Virus record (IMG/VR): IMGVR_UViG_3300037484_001104
Location: 1-31,115 of that record
Direction: 5' to 3' (one strand)
Length of the DNA stretch: 31,115 bases
From: a virus
Taxonomy: Duplodnaviria; Caudoviricetes
The notes below the pieces were generated by a model. That model saw only the letters and a list, made by a program, of their open reading frames with translations, was not told the origin of the DNA and made no database searches. The position numbers were made by a program, and so were the translations under genes. This document shows, one piece after another, positions 6,413 to 14,089 of this stretch; the stretch's first letter is position 1; each line of letters begins with the position of its first letter.

Positions 6413-7112
6413 TGAATTCCAGCGAGGCCGCTCCACCGCCATGTTCATGGCCGGTTTCGTTTATGTCGGCGTCGTACTGGCCGCCACCACCCTGTTTATC
6501 AGCTTCGTGCTCACAGCCTTTCCCAATGACGCCTACTTCTCGCGCGGCGTCATGATCGTGGCTGGCTTGATGATTGGCGGCTCGATGCTGGCCTTCCCGG
6601 TATCCCTGCATAACTGGGCTATCAGCGGCCTGCACCGCACCATCACCACCGGACTGTACTACGGCGAAATGATCATCATCGCCCTGAACACCGTCGTGTC
6701 CTTTGCGGCCCTGCTCTTCGAATACTCGAACACCCCCCTGCCCGCCTGGATCACCTGGTACGAACCCTTCTCCATCGTGTCGATTGTCTACACACTCGCA
6801 GCCTGGGGCACGGTTTTTCTCACCGACCCTATGGCACAGGCCAAGGCAAACGAGTTAAAAGCTGACCAGACATATCTCAAGCGCATCGGCGACAAACGCA
6901 TGGAATTTCTCGACTCCATCGAAGGCGAAGAAGCCATCCGGCAGGCCTCAGAGATCGATATCGCCAAGCGCTTCAATCCGGCCAACCTAAGAAAGGTACG
7001 CGGGCACTTCGGAAAAGCACGCGAAGAAGATGAGCTAGCCGATAGCTTGTTCAGCCAGAAGAAACTCACGGCTGAAGCCCCCTTTCGTCCCGACCCCGAA
7101 GCAAAGGGGTAA
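6381..7112 (+). CDS. Multi-pass membrane protein with charged C-terminal tail
   Basis: About four hydrophobic segments; AAGGAG RBS motif. Confidence 0.8.
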   Translation: MSQQDLNPQNNEFQRGRSTAMFMAGFVYVGVVLAATTLFISFVLTAFPNDAYFSRGVMIVAGLMIGGSMLAFPVSLHNWAISGLHRTITTGLYYGEMIIIALNTVVSFAALLFEYSNTPLPAWITWYEPFSIVSIVYTLAAWGTVFLTDPMAQAKANELKADQTYLKRIGDKRMEFLDSIEGEEAIRQASEIDIAKRFNPANLRKVRGHFGKAREEDELADSLFSQKKLTAEAPFRPDPEAKG

Positions 7113-7353
7113 CCAGATCTACACCTGGACCTGCCAATACTGCATGATGCCTTTCGATACCGAAATCTATGCACAACGCTATTGCAGCCCAAGCCATAAA
7201 ACCATGGCCTACAGGCTTCGAAAGGCCGAACGTGAAGCGCAGGTCGAATTAGAGTGATCGTGTTCACGCTTTGACCGTGAACACAGAATCGCATGTAGGC
7301 CCTCTGGAGGGCGGTTCCGTGGCCGCCCTCCAAGGCCAAACAAAGGAGACAGC

Positions 7354-7449
7354 GTGGAAATCAAAAAAGAACAACTTATCGCGGCTATCTTTTTCTTTGG
7401 CCTGGCTTGCCTGGTCTTTCTCACCATCCTGGCAAACAGCGGCCGCTAA
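7354..7449 (+). CDS. Small membrane peptide, 31 aa (MEIKKEQLIAAIFFFGLACLVFLTILANSGR)
   Basis: AAGGAG RBS, GTG start, single hydrophobic helix. Confidence 0.55.
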   Translation: MEIKKEQLIAAIFFFGLACLVFLTILANSGR

Positions 7450-7464
7450 ACAGGAGTCCCTACT

Positions 7465-8115
7465 ATGCAATACGAAAACCCGATCAAACTTTTGCGCATG
7501 CTCAAAGGCGCGCCGCTCTCCGTGCTCTTAGCGATCGCATGGTCCGGCCAAGCCGTCACGAACGGCTGGCTGGCAAGCGTGACAGGCTACACAGACAAGA
7601 CCGTCGCCAGCGCTTTGATCTTGCTCAAAGAATACGACATGATCACCAACACACGCACCGGCTGGATGATCGCCAATGGAGCTCAACTTAAACTAGGCAT
7701 CTCTGATAATTCGGATACCTTTGTCCGATTAAGTCGGAATAATTCCGATTCTTCTTCTTCTTTAATTAAAGAATCAGTAGAGATTTATAGTGAAGAACAA
7801 CAAGAAGAGTCGGAGAAATTCCGGATTAATCCGCTATTTGAGTCCAATTTAGTTGCTTGTCTAACATCCAAGATCCGGGAACCCAAAGCCAGCATCCTGG
7901 CCGACTTACCACACGTCACCCCCGAATACATCTATGCCCACACCCAGACCGCACGCCTCGAAGGCAACCTAATCGGCACCGCTATCTACCGCATAGAGAA
8001 CAACTGGGACCAGCCACTACCACCACCAAGCACCGCGCAAAAGGTTTCTTACATGGACGAGTACCTGAAAGCAGACGGCGCGGAGCCATTCAAAACGGGA
8101 GAAAAGTTCAAATGA
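7465..8115 (+). CDS. Putative replication initiator / replisome organizer (N-terminal wHTH)
   Basis: HTH-like LASVTGYTDKTVASAL; low-complexity linker coinciding with DNA repeats; helical C-domain. Confidence 0.65.
   Translation: MQYENPIKLLRMLKGAPLSVLLAIAWSGQAVTNGWLASVTGYTDKTVASALILLKEYDMITNTRTGWMIANGAQLKLGISDNSDTFVRLSRNNSDSSSSLIKESVEIYSEEQQEESEKFRINPLFESNLVACLTSKIREPKASILADLPHVTPEYIYAHTQTARLEGNLIGTAIYRIENNWDQPLPPPSTAQKVSYMDEYLKADGAEPFKTGEKFK
7711..7827. other. Putative replication origin (iteron-like palindromes) inside the initiator gene
   Basis: TCGGA...TCCG palindromes at 7711-7728, 7734-7748 and 7810-7824 around AT-rich TTTAATTAAA (7761-7770). Confidence 0.5.
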
Positions 8116-8483
8116 GAAAAATACTCACGATCCTACCTTTTATCTTCTTGCTCGCCTGCCTGGCACCAGTAGCAGGCTTTGAACCCCCGGCAGATCCGGC
8201 ACCAACAAAAACAGCGATCCCGCCGGCAGCACCGTCACCGACGCCGGTACGGTCCACCTCCTGCGCCGCCGTCAACACCGACTCCCTGCACGTCCGCTAC
8301 CAACCCAACGAGCACGCCCAGGCGATGGGGTGGGTGACCGAAGATACAACACTCAAAGTCCTGGATAATTCGGGCGGGTGGTGGAAGATCAACGGCGCCG
8401 GCATCGACGATCAGGGACGCCAGACGCGCATGACCGGCTATGTCAATTCGGACTATCTGACAGAAATGGAGTGCAACCCATGA
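8112..8483 (+). CDS. Lipoprotein with Pro/Thr linker and SH3b-like domain
   Basis: MRKILTILPFIFLLAC lipobox; LHVRYQP...WWKI...GYVNSDYL. Confidence 0.8.
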   Translation: MRKILTILPFIFLLACLAPVAGFEPPADPAPTKTAIPPAAPSPTPVRSTSCAAVNTDSLHVRYQPNEHAQAMGWVTEDTTLKVLDNSGGWWKINGAGIDDQGRQTRMTGYVNSDYLTEMECNP

Positions 8484-8659
8484 CAGCCATCCACATGATC
8501 AAAGTCAACGAAAAGGCCGTGCTCAGGATCGTAGGCATAAAGGGAAATGCCGTTAGCGAAGCCAAGTTCCTAGAGGGCCACGGCTGGAAGGTCGTAACCA
8601 AAGAAACATACGACCTGAAGAAAAAAGAGATCCACCAACTCGGGAGGAAATCAGCATGA
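8480..8659 (+). CDS. Hypothetical protein
   Basis: ATGA overlaps at both ends. Confidence 0.65.
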   Translation: MTAIHMIKVNEKAVLRIVGIKGNAVSEAKFLEGHGWKVVTKETYDLKKKEIHQLGRKSA

Positions 8660-8862
8660 TCGAAACTATCCAAATCCCGCTCGAATTCGTGCGAAACATC
8701 GCAGAGATGCGCCGGGCACAGAAGCAAGGCGATCCATTCCGTAGCAAGGAACTCGAAAAGATTGTAGATCTGGAGCTAGCCACCATCACCAACACACTCG
8801 AACAGCTCAAACAAGGACGCTTCTACGATGACGACCGGACGGAAGTCGAAAGCAGGCTGTGA
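8656..8862 (+). CDS. Hypothetical protein
   Basis: GGAGG RBS; operon overlap. Confidence 0.7.
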   Translation: MIETIQIPLEFVRNIAEMRRAQKQGDPFRSKELEKIVDLELATITNTLEQLKQGRFYDDDRTEVESRL

Positions 8863-9206
8863 TGCCCACACCAGTACTCTACGTCTTCACCCCCAAAGCC
8901 AGCAAAGAAATCAGTGAGCGCCTGCTCGCACTCACCGGCCACACCGCCGACCTCAGCGAAGCCCTCGACCAATGGGAAGCCGAACGCGAACTGACCCAGG
9001 ACTTGCACGAAAACTACGACCGCTACCGGATCGAGAATACCCAGCTTATCAAACTGGTACGCCAGGCAAAGATGACCATCGACCGGATGAACGCAGATGC
9101 GGGCCTGTTCCTGAAAGACAAATCCCGGCAGTGGATGCAGGATTTTATGGATGAACTTGAGAAACTGAGAAAGATCATCCCGCAGCTTATGGAACCCCCG
9201 TTCTAA
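8859..9206 (+). CDS. Hypothetical coiled-coil protein
   Basis: Operon overlap; genome-typical codon usage. Confidence 0.7.
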   Translation: MMPTPVLYVFTPKASKEISERLLALTGHTADLSEALDQWEAERELTQDLHENYDRYRIENTQLIKLVRQAKMTIDRMNADAGLFLKDKSRQWMQDFMDELEKLRKIIPQLMEPPF

Positions 9207-9246
9207 GTACCCTGTACGATGTCAGAAGTATGTCAGAAATCGCGCA

Positions 9247-9669
9247 ATGAGCAAAGCCATATCAGAAGACCTGCAAAGCCTGTTCGACATCCTGGAAGCC
9301 CTACAGCCGCGCGCCGGGAAAGTGAAGATCTTCGAACGCCTGGCGCACAGGCTGTCCAGGATCGCAGGCCAAAACCGGCCATGGTCCTGGCGCTACATCC
9401 AGGGAGTCATGACCGGAACCATCCAGCCCAGCAAGCACCTGGCCCACGCCGTAGAACTCCTGGCCGCAGCCATCGACGGCGAACCGCCCGAATTCGTGGA
9501 GGCCCAGCCAATGCAGGTCCTGGCCGACCCGGCCAAAGTGCAGGCCGGGAGCATGATACTCGGACAGTCGAAGCAATGCGACGAGCCAGGCTGCACCATC
9601 CAATTCGTCCCTGTTGTGCCATGGCAGAAATACTGCCCGGCGCACCGGGAGCCAAGAAACCGAAAGTAG
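9247..9669 (+). CDS. Hypothetical protein with possible HTH and C-terminal Zn ribbon
   Basis: CDEPGC...F.P....QKYCP.H at the C-terminus. Confidence 0.7.
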   Translation: MSKAISEDLQSLFDILEALQPRAGKVKIFERLAHRLSRIAGQNRPWSWRYIQGVMTGTIQPSKHLAHAVELLAAAIDGEPPEFVEAQPMQVLADPAKVQAGSMILGQSKQCDEPGCTIQFVPVVPWQKYCPAHREPRNRK

Positions 9670-9676
9670 GTAACCC

Positions 9677-9868
9677 ATGTCAGAAATAGACAATTTCGAT
9701 GAACTAGAGAAAGCCATCAAAAAGCAAATACACGACGCACTCAGCGAGATTGCAGATCAAAACCGATTTGCTGAAATCCAACCCACGGACGCAATTCTCG
9801 AAGCCGCCGCACTGGCAGCCGCGCAAGTAATTATCGCCTTCGAACACGGCTACAGACTTGGAGGCTAA
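9677..9868 (+). CDS. Hypothetical protein
   Basis: Close operon spacing. Confidence 0.65.
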   Translation: MSEIDNFDELEKAIKKQIHDALSEIADQNRFAEIQPTDAILEAAALAAAQVIIAFEHGYRLGG

Positions 9869-9870
9869 TC

Positions 9871-10194
9871 ATGTCCCAATCCGAAAATGATGAACTCTTC
9901 CAAAACTACAAAGCCGAACTCGAACAACTCGAAAAGGCAGGCTTCCAGATCCACATCTCACTCAAGCCCGTACTTGCCGTGTCCATCATCAGCGCACTAC
10001 AACTCGCGCTCCGCCACCCGAACTTCAAAGGCCCGGTCAGTGTAATTGTGTTTAACTTCATCCGCATGTTGAGCGATGAATTCAAGGGCCGCGCGCCCTT
10101 CACAGCGGAGGTCATCCGGCGCGGCGGGTTGAGAGAATACGACCAGCCGGTCAAGCGCCACCCCAAGAAAGGCGGGAACCATGCCGACCCTTGA
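9871..10194 (+). CDS. Hypothetical phage protein
   Basis: GGAGG RBS; LQLALRHP motif. Confidence 0.7.
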   Translation: MSQSENDELFQNYKAELEQLEKAGFQIHISLKPVLAVSIISALQLALRHPNFKGPVSVIVFNFIRMLSDEFKGRAPFTAEVIRRGGLREYDQPVKRHPKKGGNHADP

Positions 10195-10528
10195 ACACAC
10201 ACTCGAAGACATCATTGCCGCCGCAGACGCAGCCACTCCGAACCAGGCCAAGCTCACACTCTCAGGCGGACTCCATCTCAACCTACGCCGAGACGGGAGC
10301 ATTTACCGGCTGATCATCTGGCGCAACGGCATCTATCCATCCTTCAAAGAGTGGAACACCATCTGCGCAAAATGGCCCTACAATACAGGCTGGCCGAACC
10401 CACACGAGGGCAGCTTTGAAGGCCGGAAGTACTTGCAAGGAGTCATCCCGGCCCACCCGAAGACGAGCGAGATGCAACCGGCCAACGGCCAACCCAGCGG
10501 ACGGACAGAACCCGCCGCTGATTTCTAA
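10181..10528 (+). CDS. Hypothetical protein
   Basis: Operon overlap. Confidence 0.7.
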   Translation: MPTLEHTLEDIIAAADAATPNQAKLTLSGGLHLNLRRDGSIYRLIIWRNGIYPSFKEWNTICAKWPYNTGWPNPHEGSFEGRKYLQGVIPAHPKTSEMQPANGQPSGRTEPAADF

Positions 10529-10540
10529 GTTAGGCTTCTT

Positions 10541-10762
10541 ATGAATGATAATCGCCCATTCCCTATCCAGCATGAATACAGCCGCAATGAACGCGGTGAG
10601 ATGGAACGCCACGCTGAATGTACGATCCCTTGGTGGTTGGCTGAGATTGCTTATGAATGGTATTCTAGGCAATATGGCACAATCCAGAGCCTGGAAAGGT
10701 TAGCTGAACGCGGCGGATTTGGCAGAAAAGAATTGCTCATGCTTATCCGTCACGAAGCCTAA
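10541..10762 (+). CDS. Hypothetical protein in an attC-like cassette frame
   Basis: T-richer codon usage; flanked by GTTAGGC (10529-10535) and GCCTAAC (10757-10763). Confidence 0.7.
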   Translation: MNDNRPFPIQHEYSRNERGEMERHAECTIPWWLAEIAYEWYSRQYGTIQSLERLAERGGFGRKELLMLIRHEA

Positions 10763-11772
10763 CACCACGTGCAGCGGACGGGCGAAAGAATACCAATAAA
10801 TCGCCGCATCCAACCGTGACGGTTGATCCCGTTATGGTGCAGCAGCCAAAGAAAGCCCACCGACGCCAGCCGAAAGGCCACCTATGACTATATCCACAAC
10901 TCTCCCAACCTACTGCCAATCTCCCGAAAACTGCGCTCACACCTGTTTTGAGAGCGAGTCACAGGACAGCAACCACGTAAGGACAATGTGCCTTTCTTGC
11001 GGCTCGCCATTGCCAAACCCGAACACCCGTGCTACACTTCCCCACGGCGGGGGACTGGCTGCCCCCCTCAGCCCGAAACCCGCCCCTTAGATCGATACTT
11101 ATTATAGGGGAGTTGACCCGGTCAACGGTCAAGCTCCCCGCATTGAGACAGGACCGCCCGGCGAACCCGGGCGGTTCGCATTTAACACATGGCCAGCACC
11201 GTCAGAAATGACGAGCATCGAAGCTCGCCATAAATAGCGATACCAGCTCAATCACTCTTGCTCAGGCGGACGGGCCGGCTCCATCGGCCCGCGAGTACGC
11301 GGGCCTTTTTGCTACCGGGGGGAGTACCCCCCGAACCCCCAACATCCCCACATCCGCACAACACCCCACATCCGTGCGCGGCCAGAACGCCAATGGTGCG
11401 GCTTCCCTCAGTCCCCCCTGCCACCCCGCCCCCCACACCCCCCACCCCGGCACACCCCCCAGCAATGTACCCATCTAGAAGTGGGGGGCAGGCGTTCTCA
11501 GGGGGGCTTCGGCTGGCTACCTTCACGAAATTGGGCGAAGAGCACCGCCGTCAATTTCGCTCAGTCGCCCAGGCCGCCCATTGGCAGGCCGCGCAGATTG
11601 CGAGCGAGTACGCTCGCCTTTGCGACGGGTGACAAACACCACCCGTCGCCCCTCTCACAGCGGCGGCCAACCCCCGCCGCTCCCGTTCGAGCACCGGCCC
11701 GCCCCCGCCAAGAACGCGGGCCGGACGTTCAAACATTCGTAGGACAAACGTACCCCCCCTTGCGCACCTACA

Positions 11773-11801
11773 TTGACAGCCTAGAACAAGTGTGCAAAAA
11801 T
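11773..11801 (+). promoter_or_regulatory. Probable late-operon promoter
   Basis: TTGACA-N17-AAAAAT with a TGn extension; degenerate GAAC-N4-GTTC box in the spacer. Confidence 0.55.
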
Positions 11802-11807
11802 CGAATT

Positions 11808-11886
11808 GGCTAGACTCGCTCCCCTTGAGAGTCTAGCCGCTTTTTTAAGGGGAGCGAGCGACAGCCGGCAGCCGGCTGTTTTTTTT
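11808..11886 (+). terminator. Attenuator-like leader: two tandem terminators plus an alternative pairing
   Basis: Stem 11808-11817/11829-11838 + T6; stem 11861-11879 + T7; 11815-11826 is complementary to 11847-11858. Confidence 0.7.
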
Positions 11887-11903
11887 ATCTGTATAAGCGG
11901 CGG

Positions 11904-12218
11904 ATGAGTCCCATGCCCGAAAGCGCCATACAACTTCTTCTGCAACTGCCCATCGTCGGTATCTTCGTCTTCTTCATCCTGGAGTGGTCGAAGCGCATGG
12001 AGAAGAGCCAGGAAGACCGCGAGACAAAATGGAGGGAGTTTCTAAGAGAAGAACGAGAGCAACGCTCAGAGAACGCCAGGCGACTAGCAGAAGAGATCAA
12101 ATCAGTCTCGCAGGAAGTCTCACGCATGAGCGGGATCATCACCGCGCACGATGCGCGCAGCCAGGTCCGGGCAGAACAGGGACGCGCAACCGGGCAATTG
12201 AAGCCGAAGGACCCATGA
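11904..12218 (+). CDS. Holin-like protein (one N-terminal TM helix plus coiled coil)
   Basis: LLLQLPIVGIFVFFIL followed by a charged helix; alternative start at 11913. Confidence 0.55.
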   Translation: MSPMPESAIQLLLQLPIVGIFVFFILEWSKRMEKSQEDRETKWREFLREEREQRSENARRLAEEIKSVSQEVSRMSGIITAHDARSQVRAEQGRATGQLKPKDP

Positions 12219-12222
12219 GCAC

Positions 12223-12591
12223 ATGCCCGCCCCCCCAGGCAATACCAACGCAGTCAAACACGGCTTCTACTCCAAACGCTTCACTCGCCGCGAAAAGAAC
12301 CGCCTCGCCAAAGGCGACGACGACCTCGAAAGCGAGATCAACGCTTTACGGATCGTGGCCGACCGGATCATGCAACGGCTCGGAGAGAATGGGCTCAAGC
12401 CCATCGAAGCCGATGAGACCACAACCCAACTCAGTGAAAACGCACTCAAGACAGTCAACACCCTGGCTAATGTGATGCTCACTATCTCAACCCTGGCCCG
12501 CTCACACCAGCTCATCATCGGCAAGTACCTGCCGGTCGAGACCGCCATCATGGACGCGCTGGCCGAACTCAACGACGAAGACGGGATATAA
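12223..12591 (+). CDS. terS: Terminase small subunit
   Basis: APPGNTNAVKHGFYS N-terminus; directly upstream of terL. Confidence 0.8.
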   Translation: MPAPPGNTNAVKHGFYSKRFTRREKNRLAKGDDDLESEINALRIVADRIMQRLGENGLKPIEADETTTQLSENALKTVNTLANVMLTISTLARSHQLIIGKYLPVETAIMDALAELNDEDGI

Positions 12592-12592
12592 C

Positions 12593-14089
12593 ATGTCGAC
12601 ACTTACCCAGCGCGCCAAGACCATCCAGCGCAACCCGTACAACTTCTCACTCCACGGCGGGGGAATGGAACTCAGGCCGTATCAAGTCGAACCCATCGAG
12701 GCAATCTGGAATTCAGTTAAACACAATCTCGGTCTGACCATCGTCATTATCATCTCACGCCAGTCAGGCAAAGACGAGCTCCTCTGCCATCTCAAAGCCT
12801 ACCTGCTACACCGCTTCCAGAACAAAGACGTGGAGATCGTCGAATTCAATCCCACCTACAAACCCCAGACCATCCGCGCCATCTTCCGCTTGGAAAGCCG
12901 GATGAACACCAACGTGCTCACGCGTAACCGCTGGAAGAAGCGCTCGGACTTCATGCGCATGATCGGCCAGGCAAAGGTTAGCTTCCTATCCGGCGACGGG
13001 CAAGCCAACGTGGTCGGAGCGACTGCGTCACTCCTGCTGATCATCAACGAAGCCCAGGACATCTCGCCAACTGTGTACGACAAGAAGGCCAGCCCCATGG
13101 CCGCCAGTACCAACGCCACCAGAGTCATTGTCGGCACGGTCTGGACATCCGGCAGCCTGCTATCCCGCGAACGCCGCGCGGCGGAAGCCGCCGAGAAACT
13201 GGACGGCATCCGGCGCGTGTTCATGTACGACGCGGACGAAGTCCGCAAACACAACCCGGCCTATGGCCGCTTCGTGGACGGCGAAGTGCAGCGATTAGGG
13301 AGACAACACCCGCTCGTCAAAACGCAGTACTTCAACGAAGAGATCGACGCCGAGATCGGCATGTTCAACGCGGCGCGGCGGGCGCTTATGGTCGGTGACC
13401 GCCCGGGCACAGACCTACCCGAACCCGGTCACGCTTACGCCTTCCAGATCGACGTTGCCGGGCAGGACGAAGCGCGCATGAACCTGGACGAAAACGCGCC
13501 GCTCACCAATCCCGGACGCGATGCGCTCACGCTTTCCGTGATCGACATCGACCTGTCATCGCTCGAATTGCTTTCCTTCCCGACCTACCGGGTCGTACAC
13601 CGCCAGCCCTGGACCGGTCAGAACCACGTGGTCATGTTCGGCAAACTCAAGGCGCTAGGCGAAGTATGGAGACCGCTCTATTTCATAATCGACGCAACAG
13701 GAGTAGGGGAGGGACTGTGGGCCATGCTCGACCGCGCCTTCCCCGGTAAAGTGATTCCCATCAAGTACACCCAGCAGGCCAAGTCCGAGATCGGATACGG
13801 CTATATCGCCGTGATCGAAACCGGACGCTTCCGCGACTGCGCGCCGCAGGCACTTGTCGACTTGCAATATCTCAACATCAAAAGCGAGATCCTGCCCGGC
13901 CCAGCCAAAACCATGCGCTGGTCCGTGCCCGAAGGCACGCGCGACGACGCGACCGGCGAACTCATCCACGATGACTTCGTCATGTCCGATTCCTTAGTAG
14001 CCATTCTCGACAAGCTCGAATGGACGATCAGCCAGGAGTCGACCATCCTGCAACGGGACATACAGAAAGAAATTGACGGAGGTTATTAA
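12593..14089 (+). CDS. terL: Terminase large subunit
   Basis: LRPYQ, Walker A SRQSGKDE, Walker B LLIINEAQD, nuclease motifs IDVAG / IDATGVG / HDD. Confidence 0.93.
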   Translation: MSTLTQRAKTIQRNPYNFSLHGGGMELRPYQVEPIEAIWNSVKHNLGLTIVIIISRQSGKDELLCHLKAYLLHRFQNKDVEIVEFNPTYKPQTIRAIFRLESRMNTNVLTRNRWKKRSDFMRMIGQAKVSFLSGDGQANVVGATASLLLIINEAQDISPTVYDKKASPMAASTNATRVIVGTVWTSGSLLSRERRAAEAAEKLDGIRRVFMYDADEVRKHNPAYGRFVDGEVQRLGRQHPLVKTQYFNEEIDAEIGMFNAARRALMVGDRPGTDLPEPGHAYAFQIDVAGQDEARMNLDENAPLTNPGRDALTLSVIDIDLSSLELLSFPTYRVVHRQPWTGQNHVVMFGKLKALGEVWRPLYFIIDATGVGEGLWAMLDRAFPGKVIPIKYTQQAKSEIGYGYIAVIETGRFRDCAPQALVDLQYLNIKSEILPGPAKTMRWSVPEGTRDDATGELIHDDFVMSDSLVAILDKLEWTISQESTILQRDIQKEIDGGY

